From Hyaloraphidium curvatum SAG 235-1 (taxonomy: Eukaryota > Fungi > Monoblepharomycota): a DNA stretch of 64,000 nucleotides. The stretch is from assembly GCA_025558095.1 (NCBI GenBank), contig JAIVFI010000018.1, positions 248,001 through 312,000 on the forward strand, read 5' to 3'. Of the stretch, positions 33,405-43,770 are shown piece after piece; the first letter of the stretch is position 1, and each line of letters begins with the position of its first letter. A model generated the notes under the pieces. It saw only the letters and a list, made by a program, of their open reading frames with translations. It was not told where the DNA came from and did not search any database. Both the position numbers and the translations under genes were made by a program.

Positions 33405-34670
33405 ATGTCTGGCGACGGCCGCTCGCACATGGGCCGCGCGTTCGGCGGTGTGCGCCGCTGGTGGGCCCGCACCACGGCCGCGCTCGCCCGGCGCCCGCAC
33501 GCCCCCGCGCCGGCCGCCCACACCGCCTCCCGAACGCTTTGGGCCAAGCTCGCCCCGATCGGCGGGCGGATGTCGGCGGCGGAGAGCGGCTTCGACCGCG
33601 CGCCGCCGCTCGTCGTGCCGGTCGGTCCCGCCCTGCCCGCCCCCGCCCCCCCGGCACCGGAGCCCAGCCCCTCCCCCGTGGACACTCTCGCCGTCACCGG
33701 CGGTGCTCCGTACCCGCGCACACGGGCGGTCGCCCTCGCCGAGGACATCCGCGACTACCACGGCCAGGGGCCTCCGATGTCGCTCGTGGCCCTCATGAGC
33801 ACGATTGGCTGCGACGCCGACTTCATCCAGGCGCAGCTGGACAAGGAGGTCAACACCTACGAAGCCGTTTGGCTCCTCAAAAAGGCCGGCGTCTCGGTGC
33901 AGAAGGTGGTCAAGCTCGCGGGCTCGAGCGCCGAAGCCGTCCGGCAGCTGGCGCTGCTCGTGGACGGGCTGGAAGGCCTTGAGCCGGAGCCTGCGCAGCA
34001 GGAGTTCGTCGAGCAGGAGCCCGTCGGGCAGGCCGCCGCGCAAGCCCTCGAGGAAGCCGGCGTGCCTGCCTCGGACGGGACCCTCGACGCCTCCGAGAAG
34101 CCCTCGGACGCCTTCGAGCTCGTCAGCGACGCATCTTCCGTGCAAGCCCATGGGGAAGCCGGGATGCCCGCGCAGCTCGAGGACGTGGCCGCGCCGCAGG
34201 ACCGCGCCTCCATCGGCATCGGGAAGACCACCTTTGCCGAGCGCCTGCAGTTCTGGGAGGGCAAGATCGCCGCCGGGAGCGCCTCGTCCCTCGTGCAAAC
34301 CGATTCGGGAGCCTGGGACAGCGCCTCGGGGGAGATGCAGCTGGTCGTCGGCCCGCCCGCCGTGCAAGCCCAGGCGGAAGCCGGGGCGGGCGACGACAAG
34401 CTGTCGGTCTATGGCTCGGAAGCCGACTCGGACACCCTGAGGGGCAGGTCCTCTGACGACCTGTCCCCATCGACACCGACCGATTCGATGGAGGACATGC
34501 TGATGGGACTGCCGGATGCGGACACGATGGAGCCGCATGCCGGCAGCACGGGCGCGGAGGAGGTGGGATTGTCCAAAGGGCCCCACATCCCCCGCCCGGC
34601 CCCTTCCCTGGGGAGGCTGTTTTCCTTGAGTCGGTTTGGTCGCTCGCGGGGTGCGCAGAGCGCGCAGTGA
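33405..34670 (+). CDS. Hypothetical, largely disordered acidic protein, intronless
   Basis: 421-aa ATG ORF with GC3 bias and upstream TATA; no family recognised. Confidence 0.6.
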   Translation: MSGDGRSHMGRAFGGVRRWWARTTAALARRPHAPAPAAHTASRTLWAKLAPIGGRMSAAESGFDRAPPLVVPVGPALPAPAPPAPEPSPSPVDTLAVTGGAPYPRTRAVALAEDIRDYHGQGPPMSLVALMSTIGCDADFIQAQLDKEVNTYEAVWLLKKAGVSVQKVVKLAGSSAEAVRQLALLVDGLEGLEPEPAQQEFVEQEPVGQAAAQALEEAGVPASDGTLDASEKPSDAFELVSDASSVQAHGEAGMPAQLEDVAAPQDRASIGIGKTTFAERLQFWEGKIAAGSASSLVQTDSGAWDSASGEMQLVVGPPAVQAQAEAGAGDDKLSVYGSEADSDTLRGRSSDDLSPSTPTDSMEDMLMGLPDADTMEPHAGSTGAEEVGLSKGPHIPRPAPSLGRLFSLSRFGRSRGAQSAQ

Positions 34671-35166
34671 GGGAGGACTTGTGGAGGCCCGGCGCGAGAC
34701 GTGCGCGGCCGGGCGCGAAGGAGCCTGTCGGCGGACCTCCGCCGGGGGACGCAGATGTCTTCGGACTTCATTGGGATGCCGGGCCTCATGGCACGGCAAC
34801 ACGTCTTCAGCAGAAGCCCCGGCGCGGATCCGCGTCGCCGGGGCGGTCCCGCAAGGACCTGAAGGAAGGAGTCGCAAGGGTCGGCGAGGTTGGGCGGAGC
34901 CGGAAGCTCGGCCGCGGATCCAGGGACTGGCCACCCCCGGGTCTGCGGTCGGGCAGATGGCGAAGCCTGCCTAACTGATCCGAGCGAACAAACATGAGCC
35001 ACAGCATGACATCGTGTAGCATAAGCAGCGGCAAATCTGACAGTTTGACATTCTGCGTATCTCCAGGTCCACTTCTTCCACGGACTCCTCAGGTCCAAGT
35101 CCATTGCGTTCGACGGAAACAATCACTGGCGCATTCCTTCTATGCTACATCGCGTACATCAGGCTC

Positions 35167-37148
35167 TCACAGCCCCGCCCTGGAAAAGTGCTTCGCCATA
35201 TCGATGACTCTCCACCCTTTCGTGCGGGGGCTGATGGGAAGCGTAGGGTCCAAGACCTGGTCTCGGGTGAAGACCGCAGCGTAGGTGGCATGTTCGATGT
35301 TGTCCTACGGCGGGCAGCACCTCGTCAGCGGAGAGCGATCGAGCACGCAATGTGGGTAGCTACCTCTTTGCCGACTGCCACCTCGCCCTTGGCATTCCTG
35401 AACAGAAGAATCTCCTGGGTCTGAAAGCTCACGACCAGCACCGGAACCTCGGTATCGAGGATCTTGGCCGCAACAAGCTCCACGTTCCGGACGTCCAGAA
35501 GCTTGCAATCGGAAATAAGGCCCTGCACCTTTTGCGCCGCGATACCAGCCGATAGAACGGAATACGTCTGAGCCGAGAGAATATGAGCAAGAGTCCTCCA
35601 CCAGCACAAGGGCCGCTTCTCACCGACTCCCCGCACCACTCCTTGAGCGCCTCCGAATCCGATCTGAGGTAGCTCTCCATCACGTCTGGAATGATCCACT
35701 CGTGTGCGTCCTTGATGAATTTGTCCGTGCGGAACTTGGGGTCCACGGCCTTGAAGCGCCTGACGGTTTGCGCCGTCTCGGTTTCCCCAAAGGCCCTTCC
35801 CACGGTGTCGAACACGTCCCGGAACCGCTCCACGATCGGGTTGTCCGACTCCTCCATGGCGCTCCGCACGGCAAACATCCGCTGCATCACCGGGTTCTTC
35901 TCCTTGAAGCTCTCCCAGGACTGCGCCCAGCGCGACTGCTGGTGCAGCACAACGTTGTTGGCCTCGTCGTTGGCTTCGACCTCGCGGTTCGGATCGCGGA
36001 TGAAGGGGTTCGCGGCCATTTCGGCCTTGGCGCGGGCTTCGCGTTCGGCACGCTCTGCCTCGCGAACATCCCGTGGTTTGTAGGGGGTGTAGCGGTTGGT
36101 CGCGGTGCTGTCGGGGTTCTCGACGGCCTTGTGCAGGGCCTGGGCACCGCTCGCGGCCGTCCGCGTGACCGGGTTGTCCACGATGGGTTTGGCAACCTGG
36201 AAAAATGATGAGATCAGCAAAGGTTCACCACGAGCGGCGGAGAACCGTGGTTGGGCAACATGGAGTCGTGCATCACAAAGAGGTGCTGTGATTCCACCAA
36301 GCGGGCACCAAGATGCCCGTAGAAAGAGAACCATCTCGGTCACCCGAGCGCCCGGAACTCCCAATGAAGCAAATACCCCAGCACGGCTTCCCCGGAAGGC
36401 TCAAGGATAAGAGATCACTCACAGTCACGACAACCTTGCCCGTCACCTCGACCGTCTTCTTGACCGCCTCGCTCTCGAGGACCTGTTCGGCCGTGTCCAC
36501 CACCTTCTTCACCGCACCACCGGTTGCCTCGGCAGCGGCTTTAGCACGCTGCACGACGTCCGACGAAGCGATCTGCTCGCCCGTCGCCGAGAGCTGCTTC
36601 ACGCCCTCCTGAAAGTCCTGGCGCTCCTTGACCTGGCGCCGTACCGACTCCATGAACTTGGCAAAGACGTTGACATTACGCGATTGGGTGAGCAGGGGGA
36701 GGGATGGGGCAGGGGGAGCGGAGGAAGGGCCAACCGCACGGCCCAGGGGAGAAACGCTGACGACCGTCGATGGAGGCATCATCAAGCTCCTCGAATGATA
36801 GCCGCGCATGTGGTGAGCGTCCATCGATCCGGCAAGTGCCCATTTGCGGCCCGGGAAGGCCGGCGAAGAGGCACCCGCGGCGGCAGAGAAGCGTCCCAAA
36901 AGTGCCGAAGAGGGGAGAGCCGGTCGCGCAGCAGCGGCAAGCACCCCTGCGGCTCGTGATGCGCCGGCAAACGGCATCGTCCGCAGACCACAGACGCCGC
37001 GGACGGCGAGCACTGGCCTGCCGGTGGCGGGGGCAAAAGGTCCGCGGGGCGCGGCGGCGCTTCGTGCGGCACCGGCCGGCACCGTCGCTGCGGAAGCGCC
37101 CAGAAGAGCTGCTGCTGCACGCGCAGGCGGAGCAACGACTGACGCCAT
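35167..37148 (-). CDS. TIM44: Mitochondrial import translocase subunit Tim44; multi-exon
   Basis: Presequence; FMESVRRQVKE; MEESDNPIV; ETETAQTV; WIIPDVMESYL..LKEWC; PVLVVSFQTQEILLFRN; GWRVID. Confidence 0.93.
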
Positions 37149-37232
37149 TGACGGCTGTCGAAGAGTTCCGCAAAGTTCGACCCGTTGCGTCACCGACGCC
37201 GGAAGCGACGCCAGACAAACAAAGAACACGAA

Positions 37233-38540
37233 ATGGGGCTCGAGTCCCCGGAGCTGGCGCCCGTCCCTCCGCCGGGGGCTTGCCGGTTCTACTTTCCGAA
37301 AAAGAAACGCTTCTGCAGGGGGCCGCCCGGCGAATCGGGCCTGTGCACGCTCCACGCGCCTCCTGGGGAAAAGGTTTCCTGCCCTTTCGAGCCAGGGGTC
37401 TTCATACTGCCCCGGGACCTACAACGACATCTCGCGATATGCCCGAACCGGCCTCTGCCACCGCCTCTGTATTTTGCGAAGGGCGTGAACCGCCGGCCTG
37501 GGGAAAGTGAACCTGCGAAGGGCGTGCAGAACGCGAACGCCCGAGCCCTCGATGCCATGTCGGTTGAGCAGTTCCTTTCATTTGCTGACAAGATCGATCG
37601 ATTGTACACGCTGAAGGTGCTGGAGGGCGGGACAAGGGCTGACTTGAGGACGGCGACGCTGGAAGTGGAAAAGCTCGAGGCGCTAGTCCCCACCAGCACA
37701 ATTCACCTCGGTAAACACAGCCGCCAGATCTCCTCTCTCGTCGCGCACCTGTGTTTGTTGGGTATGGATCCGTCGTGGACGCTTGTTGAGTTTGGCTGCG
37801 GCCGAGCGGAGCTTTCGCAGTTTGTGAATGGGGCATTATCGGGACCTTCGCGGTTCGTGCTCGTGGACAGAGAGAACCCGCGGAACAAGTACGATGCGCC
37901 GATACGGAATGCCCGCCACCCTGGACACGACGCGGGATCGGAGACCAACAGGCTGATCATCGACATCGCCGATCTCGATCTCGCAAAGGTCGCTCCGATC
38001 GCTGAGGACCTGTCTCGGCCGCTGTTGGCCTACAGCAAGCACCTCTGCGGTCCTGCGACGGATCTTACGCTGCGCTGCTTGTCATCTTTCGCAAGCCAGG
38101 GCGGAAACGTCGCCGGGATCGCGATCGCGTTGTGCTGTCACCAGCGTTGCACAGCAGACTCCTTAGCGGGTGCCGAATTTCTCGTCGGAGACCACGCGGA
38201 CATGCTGACGGAGGAGGAATTCCGAGCCGCTTGCGTGGTGAGCACGTGGACGCTCAGCTGGTACGGCGAGGAGAGGCAACGCCTGCCGAAGGATACCAAC
38301 GGTGACTCGACGGAGCAAGACGGGACGGCAACTCCTCCCGAAAACAGCTCCGCCACTCATTGGTCTGGCCTGCCGCGCGACGCGCTCGAGAAGCTGGGTT
38401 TCCAGGTGAAACGGCTCCTTGATTGGGCGCGTTGCCGGTATCTGGACAGCGTCGGTCTCGAAGCCGAGCTCGCGTACTATGTTCAGAAGGACGTGACGCC
38501 CGAGAACGTGGTTCTGCTGGCGACGCCGAGGAAGAATTGA
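37233..38540 (+). CDS. TRM13: tRNA:m4X 2'-O-methyltransferase Trm13, intronless
   Basis: CRFYFPKKKRFC..CTLH zinc finger; KHSRQISSL; VEFGCGRAELS; IDIADL; SKHLCGPATDLTLRC; ALCCH; VTPENV. Confidence 0.93.
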   Translation: MGLESPELAPVPPPGACRFYFPKKKRFCRGPPGESGLCTLHAPPGEKVSCPFEPGVFILPRDLQRHLAICPNRPLPPPLYFAKGVNRRPGESEPAKGVQNANARALDAMSVEQFLSFADKIDRLYTLKVLEGGTRADLRTATLEVEKLEALVPTSTIHLGKHSRQISSLVAHLCLLGMDPSWTLVEFGCGRAELSQFVNGALSGPSRFVLVDRENPRNKYDAPIRNARHPGHDAGSETNRLIIDIADLDLAKVAPIAEDLSRPLLAYSKHLCGPATDLTLRCLSSFASQGGNVAGIAIALCCHQRCTADSLAGAEFLVGDHADMLTEEEFRAACVVSTWTLSWYGEERQRLPKDTNGDSTEQDGTATPPENSSATHWSGLPRDALEKLGFQVKRLLDWARCRYLDSVGLEAELAYYVQKDVTPENVVLLATPRKN

Positions 38541-38606
38541 GGCATGGTATCGATCTATGGAGTGTATGGTCTCGGAGTGCCATGTCCGAGAGAATGGAGA
38601 ACCGAA

Positions 38607-39104
38607 TCACTTCTTTGCCGCAGCCGCCTCCCTCGCCTTCCGTGCCTCTTGTCCGCCGACGAGAAACCACGCTGTGTGGCCCAGGAAGTCCAGGATGCGC
38701 CTCTTCGAGTCCGCGTCGACCTTTCCTTCGCCCTCGAGCTCGTCCAGCACCGCTCCCATGTGCATGAGCCAGCGCTCCGCCGCGGCGGGGCTCACGTCGA
38801 AAGGAGCATGCCGCCCAATCAGTGCAGGGTGTCCTTTCCGCTCCCAGTACAGTTTTGGACCCCCGAACCTCCCGATGAGGAACTCGTACTGATTTTGAAC
38901 GGCGTCCGCCTCGACACGCGGCGCGAAGATGTCCTTGAACCACGTCTCGCTGTCCGTGTACACACGACGGTAAAATCGCGTCGAGAGAGTCACGAAGAAG
39001 TCATATCCGAGTAGGTCAAACAGGCTCGGCGGTTCATCAACGGCAAAGGCGCGTTCCACGGGGATCCCGGACTTTTCCGACGCGTAGTCCTGGAGAGATT
39101 GCAT
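38607..39104 (-). CDS. Group II truncated (2/2) hemoglobin, plant GLB3-like, intronless
   Basis: MQSLQD..AFAVDE; LSTRFYRRVY; QNQYEF..GGPKLY..RKGHPALIGRH..F; AAERWL; HTAWFLV. Confidence 0.93.
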   Translation of the reverse strand: MQSLQDYASEKSGIPVERAFAVDEPPSLFDLLGYDFFVTLSTRFYRRVYTDSETWFKDIFAPRVEADAVQNQYEFLIGRFGGPKLYWERKGHPALIGRHAPFDVSPAAAERWLMHMGAVLDELEGEGKVDADSKRRILDFLGHTAWFLVGGQEARKAREAAAAKK

Positions 39105-39284
39105 CGATTCACAGAGGAAAGCGGCGGCAGAGGGAGAAGTAGTAGCCTGCCGAGGGAAGATGCCGAGGGAAGAACAGCAGGCGGGACGAGAAGCGCGGAA
39201 GGAAGTGGAGTGCGGGAGGTGACGCGGCCCGGCCGCGGAGCCGAGTCGTCCTCCGCCGCGTGCGATCCACAACCTTCCCGTGCG

Positions 39285-40000
39285 ATGTCTCGCGCCTTCC
39301 TCCTGACCGTGGGACATCAAAGAATAGTCTGAAACACTCTACCGTAGCTCATCGCTCCATTCCCGCCCCGACTGGACTCGCAACGGCAGGCCCGGGTCGG
39401 CGCGCTCTCCCGTGCTTCCACCCTCCCTGCCCCCTCGGCCCGCACCGCCGTGCCTTTTCTCGCCGGTTCGCGGAGATGGCTCTCTGATGCGCTGCGGGAA
39501 ATGCTGGACAAGGTGGCTGGAGCCCGGTTCTTGGGAAGACGGAGCGGGTGCCAACGGATCGTGCCGTGTCGCAGGAGACCAAGGGGAACGACGTCGTCCT
39601 TTTCATGAAGGGGACGCCGGATGCGCCGCGATGTGGCTACTCGAGGGCGGCGGTGCAGATTCTGCAGGTCAACGGTCGGTTGCTGGACGGCGAAGGTGGA
39701 CCGGATGGCAAGGCTCACATTTGAATAACAGGGGTGGACATGGCAAAGCTGAAGGCCTACGACGTGCTCTCTGATGAGGATCTCCGGACCGGGATCAAGG
39801 AATACTCGTGGGTTATTGCGTCTCTCGGCCCCGGACAATTCTGATTGCCGTCCGAATTCAGCAACTGGCCCACGATCCCCCAGATCTACGTCAAGGGCGA
39901 GTTTCTTGGCGGTGCCGACATCCTCTACAACATGCACAACAGCGGGGAGCTCGAGCAGCTGCTCGTCAAGGAGGGAATCGTGCCGAAGAGCGAGGAGTGA
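39285..40000 (+). CDS. GRX5: Mitochondrial monothiol glutaredoxin Grx5; multi-exon
   Basis: Presequence; [17 protein letters not shown]; LRTGIKEYS; [18 protein letters not shown]. Confidence 0.9.
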
Positions 40001-40050
40001 TTCTGCTGCCACCGTGTTCAAGATTGAGCTCTTAACATAGTATCTAGCCC

Positions 40051-41664
40051 TCATTCGGGTTTCGTCGACTCGTAAATCTCGCCCAGCGCGTCCAGAGCCA
40101 CGCACCGCCGCCGACGCACCTCGCGCCCGCGCTCCTGGTCGCCCGCGACCACCTCGCAGACCTCCTTGATCACAGAGAGCAGCTCCAGCTTGGAGCCGAG
40201 CCACAAGGCCTCCATGCCCTTTGTCGCGGCCTCCATCTCCAGCTTCCGCGTGAGCTCGGCCTCCTCCTCGGGCGTGAGCTCCTTCTCCCCCTTCTTGGGC
40301 TTGGGCGGTTCGCGCGGCTCCCCGTCCTCGCCCGCCTCCCGGGCCTTTTTCCGCTCCTCCAGCTCCTGCCTGGAAAGGGAAACAACAGTCACCATCGGAT
40401 CGACGGTGTCGAGGTAGCGAGATGTCTCACAGCTTCGAGAAAGAGGCCTGCAGCTCGTATGCCACCTTCACCGTCGAGTACGTTTCCGAAAGAAGGTGCC
40501 GCTTTTCCCGCAGCCCGCCCATGAAGCGGGCGCCGAATCCCCATATCCTTCGCCCGATGCCGCCCGTCTCCACGTCCAGCTGCACGAGGTGCTGCCGCGC
40601 CTGCAGCCGGTACATGGTCCCGAGCGCGTGCAGCAGCTCCACGCCAAAGTTCTCCTTCCGCAGCTCGCCCGCCTCCTTCGAAAACCACTTTCGGAACTCC
40701 TCCATCGCCTGCCGTTCCTCCTCGGCGTGGCGCGAGAGGTGCTCCGCGGCGTCCTCTCCCTCGGCGGGGAGCGGGAAGGCCGACACGTATCGTTCCAAGC
40801 GCCCCGACAGCTTCTCCGAAAGCCGCTTCACGCGGGCCGCATGCTCCTCCTCCCGCTTCTGCTTCTTCTCGGCCTCGTCTTCGGACTTTGCGTCGGAGCC
40901 CGACTTGGAAGCCACCGACTTGTTGAGCGCGTCGCCGAAATCCTTGGCGATCGCAATGTCTCCGATGATGTCTGGCAACGATGTGTCGTCAGCACAAGAG
41001 CAGAACAAAGATTGAAATCGAGCCCACCGATGAAGGCTTCGCCCCCGAACTGCCCGCGAAAGAATTCGACAGGGTCGGCGAAGATGGCCGCGGCCGCGGC
41101 CTCCGTGTCCTCTCCCCCGCCCGGCGCAAACGCAGCAGCCCCATACCGGTTGTAGGCCGAGCGCAGTTGGGGGTCCGACAGGACCTGGTACGCCCTCGAG
41201 ACCTTCTTGAACACCTCTTCCGCGTGCGGATCCCCGGGGTTCTTGTCCGGGTGGTGCTTCTGGGCCAGGAAGTAGTACGACTTCTTGATCTCGCCCGCAC
41301 TCGCGGCGGGCGACACATTCAGCGTGTCGTACAGGTCCGTTTCGAGCGGGTCCTCGTCCGTTCCGGTCCGCTTCCGCGCTTTGCCGTTGGCGCGCTTCTC
41401 GGGCGCCTCGACGGGCACGGTGTTGGGCGCGGAGCACACGTAGCACTCGACACGGTAGCCGTCCGGCGGCGGCGGGCCCTCGGGCTCGAACTGGAAGCGC
41501 GAGCGGCACGCCGAGCACTGCGCGACGCGGGGCTCGACCACGGCGTGCGACCGCAGCAGCGGGGGGCGGGGCGACGGCGTCCGCGCGGGGCTCGCATCGT
41601 GGAACTGATCGTTGTCCTCGCCGTCCTCCGGCGCTCCCGGCGGCGGCCTCGTCGGCGGGTCCAT
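40051..41664 (-). CDS. DnaJ protein with DnaJ-X domain (Djp1/Caj1-like) and N-terminal CxxC..CxxC; multi-exon
   Basis: LYDTLNV..HHPDKNP; AYQVLSDPQLR; ENFGVELLHALGTMY; ALWLGSKLEL..VIKEVC. Confidence 0.88.
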
Positions 41665-41779
41665 CGCCGGTTGATTGTTGTCGGGCGTCCCTCGTCCCTC
41701 CCGCCTCCCCACGTGACGACGTGGCGGTCGACACCGCCCCGCCTCACCTCCTCCCACATCGCCGCAGCTTGTGGCCGCG

Positions 41780-42657
41780 ATGGACTCGCCGCCGATGTCG
41801 CCCGGGTCGCCGCCCCCCCAGCGGACCTTCGAACCGGAGCGCGTTATTCGCTTGACTGTCGGGGGCACCCTCTTCTTGACCACCCTGGGCACCCTGACCC
41901 TGTCCGAGCCCGACTCGATGCTCGCCGCGATGTGGGCGAACATGGGCACCCGCGCACCGGCCTGCTACGTGGGTGGATCCGCCGCGATAAGCCGCTGGCT
42001 GCTGACCTGTCTCCCACCTCCCTGCTCCCTCCGCCCTTCTCCGCTCCCTCCGCCCTCACCTTCTCTCCTTTCTTCTCTGTTTTCTCCTCGTCCTTGCCTT
42101 CGAAGGACCCCGCAACCGACAGCTACTTCCTAGATAGGGACCCGGAGCGGTTCCGCGTCGTCCTGAACTACCTGCGGACCCTCACGCCGCGGCTGCCGGC
42201 GGACGGGGCCGTCACCTGGGAGATGCTGCTCGACGAGGCGCGCTTCTTCGGCATGGAGAAGCTCGAGCGCCATGTCGTGGAGGAAATCGAGGGCGAAAAG
42301 AGGGCCAAGGCCGTCGGCAAGGGCGGGGCCACGTACTACCTGCTCAGGCTGAGCCGGACCAACGTGCGGCCGGGACCGGACGGACCCTCCTCCGACTTCC
42401 GCGTGGACGGCTCTGACGTCTGCTCGTGTCTGCTCTGGGACTCGCCGCCCGCCGGCGCACCGTTCACCCCGTCGGTGCCGTCGGTCACGGACATGGAGAG
42501 GCTCGATTACGAGCTGGCAAACTTCCTCGCCGGCGCGGGCCAGCAACTGAACGCCGAACTCGAGCGTTTGTACCGGATGGGGTTCCGAGTCTGCGGTTTC
42601 AGCCCCAACAAACAGGTCTCCTATGGGGGAACGTTAATGTTCCGCAAGTCGATCTAG
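41780..42657 (+). CDS. BTB/POZ (KCTD-type) domain protein; one intron
   Basis: IRLTVGGTLFLTTLGTL..DSMLAAM; YFLDRDPERFRVVLNYLR; EARFFG. Confidence 0.88.
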
Positions 42658-42781
42658 GTTCGCGGAGTCTCTGATTGTCATGTGTTTCGGGTTCGATCTG
42701 GCCTCGCAGAATCACTCATTTCCATGGTATTATACGGGTATCGTCCATTGCAATGTAAGCAAAGCCAAAGGGGATATGAAA

Positions 42782-43627
42782 TCATCGCCACCAATTGTAC
42801 AAGCCCATGCCCTCCTCCTGGATAGAGCCCTAGCCGTCGTTCAATCAGCATTCGGCGCACGAGCGGGGCCGGGAAGCAACGAGGACTCACGATGACCTGG
42901 AAGGGCACTTCTCGCGCTGGCGGTTCCGCAGCCCCCGGAACCTGCTCGTCCATCTTGTCCGGTACCGGCTCCGTGTCGATGAATTTGAGCATCAGCACGC
43001 GGAAAACAATGTCGCTCGATCGATCCAGCGGCAGCTCCTGCACTCCGTTCTCGGTTTCGAACTTCCAGACGAACTGGGCCTGCGACACGTTGCTGCGACC
43101 AACCCTAATCAGAAACCAAGCCCATATGCTCGTGTAAAGAGATCCCACTACTCCGAATTCGGTGGAAGCTGGCTTTCCGGGATGAATATGTCGTCGAAAA
43201 AGTCCATCGACACTGCCGACCCCGCAATGAGCGCATGGTCCCCACGAGGTCCCACTCCGGCTCACCCTTGATCCCGCCGTCGGAGCCCGGGCTGCTCGAG
43301 ACCACCTTGCCCACCAGCACCTCGCCGACCTGGGGCCGGAAGCACACCAGGCGGAATCGCACCTTGACCCGGTAGGAGCCGTCGAAGCACGCATCGACCT
43401 CCGCTTCCCCCAGCGCGAGGAGGTCAAAAACGCGTATGCAGAGGCCGACGTTGTGCAGGACCTGCCGCGGGCCGGTAAGGCGCCAGCGGACCCGAGGACC
43501 GCGAAGCAGGTCCGACCTTGTTCGCGTACTTCTTGTTCAGCGCGTCCGTGACCGCCGCATTTCGCGTCTTTCCGAACTCGGACGGTGCCACTTGCACAAC
43601 GTCCTTGAGCAGGGAAAGCACGAACAT
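42782..43627 (-). CDS. RPC25: RNA polymerase III subunit C25 (RPC8); multi-exon
   Basis: MFVLSLLKD..LNKKYANKVLHNVGLCI; FRLVCFRPQVGEV; C-terminal GSIQEEGMGLYNWW. Confidence 0.9.
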
Positions 43628-43770
43628 CGGCCGCGGAACACGGGGCGCGGTTGGTTTGCTTGCTTGATTGGACCCGCTCAGGCCGAAGCCGAGACTCCTC
43701 GCGCTCGATGCCCTCTGCCGGCTAAGCGACGCAGCGGCCCCGCGATTCGTGGGCCGTTTCATGCCTTGAA

